Assembly (NCBI GenBank): GCA_950097015.1
Contig: CATNEN010000041.1
Span: 2,914,001-2,978,000, forward strand
DNA from: Macrostomum hystrix
Taxonomy: Eukaryota; Animalia; Platyhelminthes
Direction: 5' to 3'
Length of the DNA stretch: 64,000 nucleotides
Part shown: piece after piece, positions 1 to 13,497 of the stretch
How positions within the stretch are numbered: position 1 is the stretch's first letter
Layout of the letters: the number at the start of each line of letters is the position of its first letter
Made by a program: the position numbers and the translations under genes
The notes under the pieces: generated by a model
What the model was told of the DNA's origin: nothing
What the model saw: only the letters and a program-made list of their open reading frames with translations
Databases searched by the model: none

Positions 1-1115
1 CTCTCCGTCACTCTCTCTCTCTCTCTCTCTGAATCTCCGTCTCTCTCTCTCTGAATCTCCGTCACTCTCTCTCTGAATCTCCGTCCCTCTCTCTCTGAAT
101 CTCCGTCACTCTCTCTCTGAATCTCCGTCACTCTCTCTCTGAATCTCCGTCACTCTCTCTCTCTCTCTGAATCTCCGTCACTCTCTCTCTGAATCTCCGT
201 CACTCTCTCTGAATCTCCGTCCCTCTCTCTCTGAATCTCCGTCACTCTCTCTCTGAATCTCCGCCACTCTCTCTCTGAATCTCCGTCACTCTCTCTCTCT
301 GAATCTCCGTCACTCTCTCTCTCTGAATCTCCGCCACTCTCTCTCTGAATCTCCGTCACTCTCTCTCTGAATCTCCGTCACTCTCTCTCTCTGAATCTCC
401 GTCACTCTCTCTCTCTGAATCTCCGTCACTCTCTCTCTGAATCTCCGTCACTCTATCTCTGAATCTCCGTCACTCTCTCTCTGAATCTCCGTCACTCTCT
501 CTCTGAATCTCCGTCACTCTATCTCTGAATCTCCGTCACTCTCTCTCTGAATCTCCGTCACTCTCTCTCTCTGAATTTCGGTCACTCTCTCTGAATTTCC
601 GTCACTCTCTCTGAATTTCCGTCACTCTCTCTGAATTTGCGCCACTCTCTCTGAATTTCCGTCACTTTATCTTAATCTCCTCTCCGTCACTCTTTCTCAG
701 AATCTCCTCTCCGTCTCTCTCTCTCAGAATCTCTGTCACTCTCTCTAAATCTCTGTCACTGTCTCTAAATCTCTGTCACTCTCTCAGAATCTCTGTCACT
801 CTCTCAGAATCTCTGTCACTCTCTCTAAATCTCTGTCACTCTCTCTAAATCTCTGTCACTCTCTCTAAATCTCTGTCACTCTCTCTGAATCTCTGTCACT
901 CTCTCTGAATCTCAGTCACTCTTTCTGAATCTCCTTTCCTTAACTACCTCTCTGAATCTCTGTCACTCTCTCTGAATCTCAGTCACTCTTTCTGAATCTC
1001 CTTTCCTTCACTACCTTTCTGAATCTCCTGTCCGTCACTCTCTCTGAATTTCCGTCACTCTCTCTGAAGTTCCGTCACTCTATCTTAATCTCCTCTCCGT
1101 CACTCTCTTTTTGAG
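1..1115. repeat. Minisatellite/CT-microsatellite hybrid, ~20-24-bp unit (ctctctgaatctccgtcact), drifting in sequence along the array
   Basis: Direct tandem repetition. The 69-aa ORF here only translates the repeat. Confidence 0.95.
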
Positions 1116-1375
1116 TCTCCGTCATTTTTGAAGCTCTAAACATCTCGCAAAATAATCGATCACTTAAACACAAATGCTATAAAAATGCGACCCAGTCTAC
1201 TGTCGCACAAACAAGAGTAGTGTATGGTGCATATGGCTTTGAATTTGCATTTGGAAAAACGCAAACGCACTGATTTAAGATTAAATTACGCCTGCATTTT
1301 CTTGGGCTTTGAATGCCAGTGAGCTTGACTGAGCCATGAGCTACTTAATCAGCCTCTGAAATTTCTGGGCGATTG

Positions 1376-1445
1376 TGACAGCATGTCAGCATGACGGCAT
1401 GACAGCATGACATGACAGCATGACATGACAGCATGACGGCATGAC
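1376..1445. repeat. Short (gacagcat/gacggcat) tandem repeat
   Basis: Several copies of a ~9-10-bp unit. Confidence 0.8.
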
Positions 1446-3169
1446 GAATTTAAGGCATAACAGCATTTCAGATTAAATCCCGAGCCATGGCCCCATGGGC
1501 AGCTGGGCGGCTGCTCCGTGGCAGGTTTGAGCAAAAGCTGCTCACCCATTTCGCAAAGTCGCTATCGAGCCTCATCATCCTCCGGCCTGAGTTCTCCTTG
1601 CCATTGGGACATTGGGCTGAGATTGCGATCTGGCAGCTGCTGGCTAGTTTAAAAAACTGAAAATGGGAGGTGCGGGAGACGGGGGCAGGGGAGCACAGCT
1701 GGGATCACAGGCCTTGGGAAATTCGGTGAGGCGGAGAGGGAAAGAAGATGGGAGTTGATTTGGGATTTGACACGAACCCGCATCGGGAACTCTGAGGGGG
1801 CGGGGCTGAATGCGCACGCCTCGTCCCAAATCCCAAATGGGATACAGATCCCCAGATCCCCGGTTTTCCCATCTGTCTCAGGAGCAGGAGTTGCCCCATT
1901 CACCTTGCCTTTCCTTCGTGACTCGCGCAGACTCGCAAATTATAAGAAACAGCTCTCTGCAGCGTCTCATTTCCGAGCAGGGGAGAGCCTTGCTTGGGTA
2001 TTAAAATCGTGATACGGGAAATTTATCCCAAGGTCTTGTTTTCCATCTCGTCCCTCCGCCGCGCCCGCTCTTGCCCGTCTCCGCTCATCTGCCGGATCCC
2101 GCCCAGGTGCAGTTTCTGTGAAAACAGATTTTCCTCCTGCTAAGCCGCTGCCACCCTGAGTCCCAGCAGGTGAAAATCCCAGCTCGCAGGCGACTGAAAC
2201 TCGAGGCATATGGGGGGGAGAAAATTCCCGAATGGATGGGAGAAGCCGACCTACGGAGGAGCTGCTGTGGCTGGCAGTCCTAAGCCTTGCAGCCCAGCTT
2301 TGAAAGCATTCACAGCCTGCCTACTACCAGTAGCCAGTAAAGTTCATCATCTGACCGGGCGCAAGAAATGCTGCTGGCTGGCGAAAGAATCGGGTCACTA
2401 TTCAAGTAGGCCTAACATTTTTGTTAAAACGGCCCTTTTTAGTGCCACATTTGCTCAAGAACAAAAACAGGCCACACAATTCTTCAGATCGATCGCTGCA
2501 GGGGACAGCTCGCGGGAAGGCCTTTTCCCCGCATCCGGGGGGGGACTGGGCCAGTGGGCTGGAGGAAGTGCTGGCTCGATTCTGGATGCACAAAATATCA
2601 GCCTCTCAGCCCCTTTGATGATGAGGAAAGGATGCAGCCTCCCTTACTCACCGCCGGGCCCAGATCTCGTGGTCTGGCTCGGGAGCTGAGGTAATTATGA
2701 ATTTTACCTGGACCGGAGAGGAGAGGAAAGTCAAAGAGGAAGTAGCCGACGAGAAGTCGAGTGAGGGGTGCCGGCCGGAGCGGCAGCCGAGGCTGCGGGG
2801 CGTTCGGGGAGAAGCGGCCGGTCGCTGATTAGGGAGGGGGCTGGGAGGGAGGAAAAGGCGGGCCAAAGACAAAGAAGATGAGGCAGGGCGGAGGCTGGGG
2901 CTCCAAGTTGTGTCAGGGTGCAGCCCCGTTAAGCCGCAAGATTTGAGCAGTGGCGAGTGGCCAGTCTGGGTGCTCAGGCCGGCCTCATTAACTGCTTTTA
3001 GCGACAGCCGCCCTGCCTGCTCGTGTCCGATGCAGCTGCCCACAGCCCAGCCTCCGCTCTCTATCAGCTCCGCTGGGCTTTGCAGAAAATATGGGACAAG
3101 GCGAGGTGCCGGGCCAGCTGGCACTGAAGGCAGAAAAGTGGGAGAAAATTAGGTAGCCAAGAGAGAATG

Positions 3170-3850
3170 ATGGGGGAATAGGAGAGAAAAATAGAGGAAT
3201 CGAATGGAAAGGGATGTAAAGGGAAGAAAATGAAGGAAGGGAAGGAAAGCAGAGTAAAATAGAGGAAATGGGAAAAAGGGGAGGAAAGTAGAGGAAAGGG
3301 AAGAAAAGGGGAGGAAAGTAGAGGAAAGGGAAGAAAAGGGGAGGAAAGTAGAGGAAAGGGAAGAAAAGGGGAGGAAAGTAGAGGAAAGGGAAGAAAAGGG
3401 GAGGAAAGTAGAGGAAAGGGAAGAAAAGGGGAGGAAAGTAGAGGAAAGGGAAGAAAAGGGGAGGAAAGTAGAGGAAAGGGAAGAAAAGGGGAGGAAAGAA
3501 GAGGAAAGGGAAGAAAAGGGGAGGAAAGTAGAGGAAAGGAAAGAAAAGGGGAGGAAAGTAGAGGAAAGGGAAGAAAAGGGGAGGAAAGTAGAGGAAAGGG
3601 AAGAAAAGGGGAGGAAAGTAGAGGAAAGGGAAGAAAAGGGGAGGAAAGTAGAGGAAAGGGAAGAAAAGGGGAGGAAAGTAGAGGAAAGGGAAGAAAAGGG
3701 GAGGAAAGTAAAGGAAAGGGAAGAAACGAAGAGGAAAGTAGAGGAAAGGGGAGAAAAGGGGAGGAAAGTAGAGGAAGGGAAGAAATGGGGAGGAAAGTAG
3801 AGGAAAGGGGAAGAAAGAAAGAAAATGGGAGGAGAAGGGAGGAAAGGTGA
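3170..3850. repeat. Purine-rich minisatellite, 30-bp unit gaggaaagtagaggaaagggaagaaaaggg
   Basis: Tandem copies. The 295-aa FFPFLYFPPL ORF is a repeat translation. Confidence 0.95.
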
Positions 3851-5671
3851 GGAACCTCCTTTTATTTGGCCTCAAAAAAGAATCTTGCTCAAATAGGAAG
3901 AAAGATTAAAGTGAAGGAACTGATCGCAACAGAGATGAAGAGAAAATGGTTTGGCAACGATGGATGATGCGAGATAGCAGGGGCTGAGCACGCGGGGGCT
4001 GCTAGGCACAGCGGTAAGGTGCTCAGATAGCAGCAGCAGCAAGTTGGACAGGGGAGGCGGGGACAAGAGCTGAATGCGGGCCTGTAGCGCACACGCAGCC
4101 CGAGCAATTCGCAGCGGCCTGTTTCTAAGAAAGCTGGCTGAGCGAGCGGGCCGAACCGTCCTGGGGGTGCATTCGACAAGGCCCGGAGAGAGTGCCTGCT
4201 GTGCGAAGGAGACAGCCAGGGAGGGAGGTGGGTGGCCTCCCGCTGCTGCTCCCTTTCCCCTCGATTCCCAAAGGAGGAGGCGGCGACGGCTGCGGCAGGC
4301 CGGGAGGGCCGGAGTAGTTGCTAAGCAACGGGCTGCTGGTCCGGCCGAGCAGCCGAGTCTGAGGAGGTGGTGGCAGCAGCGAAGAAGGCCGTCCAGCCGG
4401 CTGCTGGCCCGCAGAGAACTGGGGATGGCTTGGGAGGCCGGGGCGGGTGATCGCTGCGGGATCGGGGTGGGGATATCGATTTTCCCAGTGCTCTCACCGG
4501 CCCGCGGCCTGTGAGCAGGGCGGGCTGGCAGTGTGGGACGTTGCGTGCACGGCAGCTCAGAGCAGCCCGAGCTGACCGGGTGGCGCCTCCTCCTCCTCAC
4601 TCAGGGCGAAGCCGCTGGCGGCCTCTGCGATCGCGGGCCGCGGGAGGAGGGCGGCCCCTCTCCCTGAGCTCCCATCTCCCATCTGCCTTATCCCCGCATA
4701 GGAGAGGCCTACTTCCCTGCGTCTCCCAACCGTGCTCAGCTTTTGCGTGCGAAATCCCCGCTGCCCGCACGCAGAGAAGCTCCCATCCCATCCCCTCCCT
4801 CAATCTGCCGAATTCTCCCCCCGAGCCGGCTGAGCTTGCCAACTCTGAGTCACCGAGGCGCAACCGAAAGCCCTCAGCGCTGCGGCCCGGGTGCGGGGCT
4901 AGGGAGGCGTTCGCCGGCCGGCCCAGTGCTCGGAGCCGCAGAATCCCAGCGGATCCTCTGCTGTCCCCAATCAATTCCCGAGTCCCAGGGCTCGGGCTCA
5001 TTGCCCTGCAGTTGCCAGAGTCTGTCAAAGGTGAGAGGGGCCGGCTGGCAAAGACTGTCTCATTGTGAGGCAAAGAATGAGAATGGAACGCGGCGTTGCG
5101 GAAATCATTCACTTCGGCAATGGCTTAGCCAGCTGCGCGATGCCATTGGGGGGCTGGCGGCGCCGGCGCCCTACACAGGGAAGGAAATCTTTAAAGAAGG
5201 CCCTGGCGGTTGCGTCAGATGTGCCGAGGAGACGCCAAGTGGGCGGCTAAGAGGAAAATCGAGCATTGAATTCGAGCCCCACCCACCCCTCTCCGCTGGG
5301 CTCCATTTGGCCACACCGGGGCCCTCCATTGTCTCTCCCTGCCGTGAGTGAGACCAGGCGATTCCGGCTGCGTTGAAACCTGAGGCCCGCCGGGTGGTCC
5401 CCATGCAGGAAGGAGTCATTGTGCGTGGATAGCACAGACCAGGCCGCATTATGCAAAGAGGGCCTTCCTGTCCGTCTCCCTGCCGGCCAATTTCAGAAAT
5501 CCGATCTGCAGGCCGACTCCCCACACTGCACGGCTCTCGGGTTTCACCATTTTGGCAACGCTTTTTACCTTGCTTTTGGTATCTTCTTCTGAAGGAATGC
5601 TTTTTGGTGGATACAACAAGAGTGTATAGGACTTGCTACGCCAAGTTTTTCATTCTGACAGCTTCACCGGC

Positions 5672-6720
5672 TTCCCTCTCTCTCCTCTCCATCCCTCTCC
5701 CCTGTCACCTCTCCATCCCTCTCTCCTGTCTCCTCTCCATCCCTCTCCCCTGTCTCCTCTCCATCCCTCTCCCCTGTCACCTCTCCATCCCTCTCTCCTG
5801 TCTCCTCTCCATCCCTCTCCCCTGTCACCTCTCCATCCCTCTCCCCTGTCTCCTCTCCATCCCTCTCTCCTGTCTCCTCTCCATCCCTCTCCCCTGTCAC
5901 CTCTCCATCCCTCTCTCCTGTCTCCTCTCCATCCCTCTCCCCTGTCACCTCTCCATCCCTCTCCCCTGTCTCCTCTCCATCCCTCTCTCCTGTCTCCTCT
6001 CCATCCCTCTCCCCTGTCACCTCTCCATCCCTCTCTCCTGTCTCCTCTCCATCCCTCTCCCCTGTCACCTCTCCATCCCTCTCCCCTGTCTCCTCTCCAT
6101 CCCTCTCTCCTGTCTCCTCTCCATCCCTCTCCCCTGTCTCCTCTCCATCCCTCTCCCCTGTCACCTCTCCATCCCTCTCTCCCCCGTCTTCCCACTTCCC
6201 TGTCTGCTCTACATCCCTCTCTCCCCTGTCTTCCCACTTCCCTGTCTCCTCTCCATCCCTCTCTCCCCTGTCCCACTTACCTGTCTCCTCTCCATCCCTC
6301 TCTCCCCCTGTCTCCTCTCCATCCCTCTCCCCTGTCTCCTCCCCATCCCTCTCTCCCCTGTCTTCCCACTTCCCTGTCTCCTCTCCATCCCTCTCTCCCC
6401 TGTCTTCCCACTTCCCTGTCTGCTCTCCATCCCTCTCTCCCCTCTCTCCTCTCCATCCCTCTCTCCCCTCTCTCCTCTCCATCCCTCTCTCCCCTATCTC
6501 CTCTCCATCCCTCTCTCCCCTGTCTTTCCACTCTCCTGTCTCCTCGCCATCCCTCTCTCCCCATCTCCATCTCTCCTTGTCTCCTCTCTCGCCCTCTGTC
6601 CTAATCTCCTCCTCTGTCTCTCCTTGTCTCCCTGTCTCCCTCTTTTCTTCTCCACCTCTTTGGATCTTTCACCGCATCCCTCTTTCCCCATTTTTCTCCA
6701 CCGCCTCTCTTCTCTTCTCT
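5672..6720. repeat. Pyrimidine-rich minisatellite, 24-bp unit ctctccatccctctcccctgtcac, degenerating to the right
   Basis: Tandem copies with an 8-aa period in the overlapping ORFs. Confidence 0.95.
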
Positions 6721-8659
6721 CCCCTCTCCCTAGCTTGGCCCCTCAGCAAGGTTATCGCAGCGCCAAGTCAGAGCAATCCTAATGCTGTGGCATCGAGGCC
6801 TCCTAAACGCAGCACTCCAAATCTAAATTAAAACTCTCAAGTCGGGGGGGCGGCTGTTCCCGGCTTGTTTCTCCTCCGGAGTGAAGCACAGCGGGGACGT
6901 CAATCAGGGCTTCACATCCAGCCCCTTCCCTGCATAGGGACGTGTAAGAGGGTGAGCAGAGTGAAGCGAGCACGGCTGGCTGCCTGACTGCGGCCGGCTA
7001 CTCAGCGGGTCGCCCGCCACTCCCAGGCCGTCTCCCCTGCTGCTCCCAAGTCTCCGCTGCCTCCATCGCCCCAAGGCAGTCCGCAGAGAATGGCGAGTGA
7101 AGCAAGTGAGGGAGATGGCAGGGACGGGAGAAGCGCAGCAGCGCGGGGGGGTTATTAGAGGGGATGCGGCGAGACCGACTCGATGCAGAGCTGCGGGACG
7201 GGCCGAGTGGCTCGAGGTGCTCCGCTCATCGTCGGCTTCCCGTGGGCAGCGGCGCAAACTCATGAGCAGCCATGGGAGCAGTATGGCGGGCAAATCCTTT
7301 GCTTTTATCCCCGTTTTCCGTGTCCCAAAGCTTTCTATCAGTGTTTTGCCTGACTGTCAGCCTAAGTCTCTACCTGCCACTAATTCCCCAGCCACCCACC
7401 CCACCCACCTGACTCCCTCGGTGAGCGGCTCAGCGGGGCAGGTGGCCCAGCCTCAAATTCGCGAGGCAGCGCCGGCAAGAATCCCGCGAGAATCTCCGAG
7501 CCGAGGCCATGCGGGCCAACAATGGAGGGCCGGGGGTGGCTCGCACCAGCATCTCAGATGCGCCAGGTTAATTAAAGCCAACAGCAGCCTCACCGGTATG
7601 GCTACAGCAACACCTTCCAGCCGTTTCTTGCTTCCGTGTAAGAAGGAATAATTGAGCTGCGGCTATGAATGGGAGGCCGGGCCTGATTCAGCCGCATTCT
7701 GCACCTGGGAAAGCAGATTGGTGCGGGCAGAGGCAGCGGCAGTCCCGCCCACTCCAAATCTGTGCACTGCTGCATTCAAACATGAAACAAAAAATGGCTG
7801 GGTTTGATTTCCAGTTTTTTTTCCTGCCTGCAGGGCCTACGGGCTGCTCTGTCGTATCCGGGGGCCGGCACTGAAGGATTTGGCAAACAGACTCCCGGCC
7901 AGAATGCTCAAATCCCATCTTCTTTTCTTCTTGAGTCGAGGCTGCGGGCCCTGCTCAGCTCGTGACTCATCATCAGATTTTTGTCCCGGAAACTGAAGGC
8001 TAAATCCAGGGGATCGGAGCATTTTTAGTTAGCAGAGGCCGATGGGCAAACTGGGAATTCTAAGAAACGGGGGAAGAAAGAGGCCCCGCGGAGCGAGCCG
8101 AGTAGGGCGGCTGTGGCGGGCCCGTAATTAGCGGGCCAGTCGTGTTGGACCACCTGCCGCACCTTGTCCCAGCGCACACAAACAACAGCCACAGGCCCTG
8201 CGATAGGGGAAATCTTTCAAATATTCCTCATCTTTGACAGGGAGAGTTTTGGCTGGGCTGTGCTTGCAACACTGGACAAAGACTTGCCCTTGGTTTGCTC
8301 TGTCATCGCGAAAATGACACAATCAAACAAAGACCCACTAAGCTAGCCCAGCGAGAGCGCCGTAGGGGCCGCGCGGTAATGGCGGTTGCGCAAGCGTTTG
8401 TGCAAGCGGCCTTTCAAAGGCGGGCCAATTTCGCGCATCTGGCATTGCGTCACACGAGCTCAGTGACACGGAAACATTTTTGCCTGACCGCCCAAGCCTC
8501 ACTTTGTGCGAGCAGCGAGTGGGACCCAATGTGCGAATGGCTGGGCTAAACTACTGTGGGGTCGCTACTAAAAGTTCAGCCAATGAGCTGGAATGTACCA
8601 GGCCTGTGAGCCCAGCTTTGTGATGCAAGACAACTCGTGTCAGTGGACAGCATGAACGC

Positions 8660-9352
8660 TGGGATCAGTCAGATGGGACTTTTGTAGTCTAGCAGAATGG
8701 GATCAGTGAGATGGGACTTTTGTAGGCTAGCAGAATGGGATCAGTCAGATGGGACTTTTGTAGGCTAGCAGAATGGGATCAGTGAGATGGGACTTTTGTA
8801 GGCTAGCAGAATGGGATCAGTCAGATGGGACTTTTGTAGGCTAGCAGAATGGGATCAGTCAGATGGGACTTTTGTAGGCTAGCAGAATGGGATCAGTGAG
8901 ATGGGACTTTTGTAGGCTAGCAGAATGGGATCAGTCAGATGGGACTTTTGTTGGCTATCAGAATGGGATCAGTCAGATGGGAATTTTGTAGGCTAGCAGA
9001 ATGGGATCAGTGAGATGGGACTTTTGTAGGCTAGCAGAATGGGATCAGTGAGATGGGACTTTTGTAGGCTAGCAGAATGGGATCAGTGAGATGGGACTTT
9101 TGTAGGCTAGCAGAATGGGATCAGTCAGATGGGACTTTTGTTGGCTATCAGAATGGGATCAGTCAGATGGGAATTTTGTAGGCTAGCAGAATGGGATCAG
9201 TGAGATGGGACTTTTGTAGGCTAGCAGAATGGGATCAGTGAGATGGGACTTTTGTAGGCTAGCAGAATGGGATCAGTGAGATGGGACTTTTGTAGGCTAG
9301 CAGAATGGGATCAGTGAGATGGGACTTTTGTAGGCTAGCAGAATGGGATCAG
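8660..9352. repeat. Minisatellite, 38-bp unit gaatgggatcagtgagatgggacttttgtaggctagca, ~18 copies
   Basis: Period measured between gaatggga occurrences (8695, 8733, ...). Confidence 0.95.
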
Positions 9353-11795
9353 TGGGTGACTGAAAGGTGTGCAGGCAGTGCATGCAGTGGCAGTGTAACC
9401 AGAGCGGAAAACTCTGGATCAGGCACTGGAGCCAGAAGGCATTGGGTGGCCGAGTTCGGGCCCAGTTTTGGGAGCAGGGAATGCGGCAGTTCACAATGGC
9501 AGAGAGCTTAGAAAAGCATTCGAGGAAAAAGCAACAGGCCTGGTGCAATGGCCAGGGCCTCCACTTCCCGGTTGTAAATGAAGGCAGCAATTGCACGGGC
9601 TCTAGATTGCCGGGCACTGCTTTTAGCCCCTGGGTCGGAACAGTAAATGAAAATAATTGAAGAACGCCATGCCCACCATATAATGCGATTTGACAAGAGG
9701 AAAGTCGAGTCGAGCCACTTCCCACCCAGTCAGTTACAAACTGGCCAGAGGACACATCTGCCCCAGCGAGACCACGTGCAGTGGGCCCCAGACAGCTGAA
9801 AGGCACCATGACAGGGAAGAAGAGACTTTAAAGCATCATGTCACGGCCAGAGATGGAGAGAGTGCGCGGGTCTATCGGAGGACTTTGTGTGGCCCTCAGC
9901 CATAGCGCTGAGCCGCAGAGGACTACCGAAGCTTTCCTCACTGCTTTCGCAAGCCTCCGAGGCTTCGGAGCTCTGCTTGGGGTAGGGGGGGGACGCACGG
10001 GCAGAGGGCTCGCGCGGAGGATGGGGTGGGCGACGTCTGGGGGCGGGGGCAAAGGGAGGGAAGAAGCTGAGGGACTCGAGAGCTGGCGAGGCAGGGGGGC
10101 GGCCTCCCCAGGCCAAGGCCAGGGGCCCCGGTTGGCTGGGGCTGCCGGGGGGTCCGGCAGACTGGGGGGTCGGGCAGGTTATAAAATGCAAGGCTCCGGG
10201 GAGGCACAGGAACACTGAACAGTCCGGCCTCACATCCCCGCTCCGCCTGCTCGCCAAACCGGGTTTTGAGTTATCCCCACAGCGAGAAATAATATCCCCA
10301 ACACACTGGTGCGCATCTGTGCCATTGCTGGCTGTTCGCGCCAGAACTGTCGCGCCTCTCGCAATGACTCCAGCAGGTGAGTTTGGAATAATTTATAAGC
10401 CAAGAACCCGGCTCCCGACCTGTCCCTCCCCGAAGGCTCGCGCGTGTAGGCACAACTTTGGCATCCACTGCTGGTCTTATTCCGCTATGCGAAGCAGCCG
10501 GCCCAGGGCCGCCCTCCTCGAACTCCGCCGCCCTCCGCAGCTCCGATCCCAAAGCCCAGCCCGCCAGCTGCTCCGAACTGCCCCAGGCCCAGCTCCCGGC
10601 TCGACTTAGCGGACTTCGCTAAGGACGCAGCCGGGGCTGGGACTGCGGAGGCCGGGGCAACTCGCGGCTGGTCGGGGGAGCCGAGCGGACCGCGGTGGCG
10701 ACATCGCCGAGGAACTCGGGCGGTCCGCAATGGCCTCGGCCAAATAAGGCACGCGGTGAATGCCAGTGATGCGCCGCTGATCGGCTCCCCGAACCCCAGA
10801 CAATGTGAAAAGTGGCCAGTTTCTACTATGAGTAGAGTACTGTGCAAATATCGGCACAGCCAAGCCGGCGGCAAATATAATATCACAGCCTCCTAAAACA
10901 GAACTGTCAACTGTCTTGTGTTTTGTTTTCTTGATTTCTGAAATAATTTGAATCAACCGGAGAGCAAGCCCAAAGTTACTGGTGGAATTAATCAAAATCA
11001 ACAGCTATTCGATATGCAAAGCACAGATATACGAGTCAATGCAGCTGTTTTCTATTTACTATTACTATTTGCAACTATTGACTGATCACAAATACAGCAT
11101 ACACAGTATATGATAGTCTGCTCACAGTGGACCCAATAAGACAGACAGCAGAGGCGGGCAGACAAAATGGCTCAGCTGTACAGTGTGGGAGCGCGAAGGT
11201 AAAAATTGCGGACTGAGATGAGCAGAGACTGGGCGGATCACAGACAGGATTAGCATGGGATTATGAGGCAAAATTAGTGAGAGAAATTGGACAAATCAAG
11301 CCCGTCTGTTATTTGGTCGGGTCGCATTGGATATGACAGCTGCTAAAATGCAGCTCAGAGAACTCAAAGCAGTTCGCGTGAGCACCGCATGCAATACGGC
11401 CGCGGCTGATAAGTCTGCGAGTAGAAAATTCACCGCAATCTGACAGATCAACTGAGATTTGACAGCAGCAATGCACCATCAGGCCACAATGGACAGCATC
11501 GGCCTCCTTAACTATTTTTATATTCCGATAACAGGCTCGCCCGGTCGATATGAGTAGTATGGGGCAGAAAAAACAGCGAAAATTCTGTTAAAGAGTTTCT
11601 ACATTTTCTGGACTTTTTGGGGCCAATCGATTAGTGAAATACCGTAAAAATAAAACCAGTGCCACCATGCACATTGAAGAAGAATGTCACCTATCGATCG
11701 ATAGCGATAAAACCAATTATTAGTGCAGCAAGTTATTGTGATGAAAAGGCAATTCGAAATTTGAACTTCTGGGAATCATAATAGCAGTGGCTTTC

Positions 11796-12460
11796 ACCCA
11801 GCTGACACACTGGCTTCCACCCAGCTGACACACTGGCTTCCACCCAGCTGATACACTGGCTTCCACCCAGCTGACACACTGGCTTCCACCCAGCTGATAC
11901 ACTGGCTTCCACCCAGCTGATACACTGGATTCCACCCAGCTGACACACTGGCTTCCACCCAGCTGATACACTGGCTTCCACCCTGCTGATACACCGGCTT
12001 CCACCCTGCTGATACACTGGCTTCCACCCTGCTGATACACTGGCTTCCACCCTGCTGATACACTGGCTTCCACCCTGCTGATACACTGGCTTCTACCCAG
12101 CTGACACACTGGCTTCCACCCAGCTGACACACTGGCTTCCACCCAGCTGATACACTGGCTTCCACCCTGCTGATACACTGGCTTCCACCCTGCTGATACA
12201 CTGGCTTCCACCCTGCTGATACACTGGCTTCTACCCAGCTGACACACTGGCTTCCACCCAGCTGACACACTGGCTTCCACCCAGCTGATACACTGGCTTC
12301 CACCCAGCTGATACACTGGCTTCCACCCAGCTGATACACTGGCTTCCACCCAGCTGATACACTGGCTTCCACCCAGCTGATACACTGGCTTCCACCCAGC
12401 TGATACACTGGCTTCCACCCAGCTGATACATTGGATTTCACCCAGCTGATACACTGGATT
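11796..12460. repeat. Minisatellite, 23-bp unit ccacccagctgatacactggctt
   Basis: Tandem copies. Confidence 0.95.
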
Positions 12461-13039
12461 CCACGCATAAGGCAAATAGGCAAAGCAAGCAGGTAAAAAA
12501 TGAGAATGAATAGAACAGCTGAGAAGGTCATCGCCGCTTAGATTCGACTGCACTTCTGACAGGCGAGGCCGAGGGCGACGGCGAGGGCGAGAGGTGGCGC
12601 AGGGCGCGGGGCAGTCGGGAGAGAAGGCCGCGCGGCCTTGGCGAAGCTGCAGCCGGCGGGGTGGCAGGCCGGCTGTTCAGACGGTCGAAGTCGGAGGCCG
12701 CAGCGGTGGGACTCGATGATAGCGCTGGCGAGGCGGCTGCGGGCAGGTTTCGGCAGTGGTGGCGGGCTGATTATGTACAGCTCGAGACTGAGGCTTAGCA
12801 GAGGAAAACACAGACAAGCTGTTATGTGACACTACTTACAACGGTTATTTAGCTTGATAATAAACAAGGTCACATCAAAAGGCACTTGTGGCTACACTAG
12901 ATTAATGAACAAGTATATCAATTGCTAGTACATAAGTAGCTGGCTTCGAGAAGTCCTTGGTTAAAAGTTGAGGAATTTTAGCGTGGCAGACAGACGGACA
13001 TCAAACCAAACAAAAAACAACAGAAAGACCCATCACCGA

Positions 13040-13497
13040 CACCCACCCAGCACAGACACCCAGCACAGACACCCAGCACAGACTACCCGCACAGACACTT
13101 AGCACAGACACCCAGCACAGACTACCCGCACAGACACCCAGCAGACACCCAGCACAGACACCCGCACAGACACTCAGCACAGACACCCAGCACAGACACC
13201 GAGCACAGACACCCAGCACAGACACCCAGCACAGACACCCAGCACAGACACCCAGCACAGACACCCAGCACAGACACCCAGCACAGACTACCCGCACAGA
13301 CACCCAGCAGACACCCAGCACAGACACCCGCACAGACACTCAGCACAGACACCCAGCACAGACACCGAGCACAGACACCCAGCACAGACACCCAGCACAG
13401 ACACCCAGCACAGACACCCAGCACAGACACCCAGCACAGACACCCAGCACAGACACCCAGCACAGACACCCAGCACAGACACCCAGCACAGACACAA
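13040..13497. repeat. Minisatellite, ~15-bp unit cagcacagacacc(c)
   Basis: Tandem copies. Confidence 0.95.

Noticed and set aside
5451-6782. Long ORFs (443, 323, 272 aa)
   Set aside because: Translations of a 24-bp CT minisatellite
7920-7980. CTGATGA followed by a TGAGTC/GACTCA stem (minus strand) as a hammerhead
   Set aside because: Core geometry is wrong (AGAAG instead of GAAA after the stem) and no stems I/III are evident
8660-9352. Regular repeats as a CRISPR array (also other arrays in the window)
   Set aside because: No unique spacers, no cas genes, eukaryotic context
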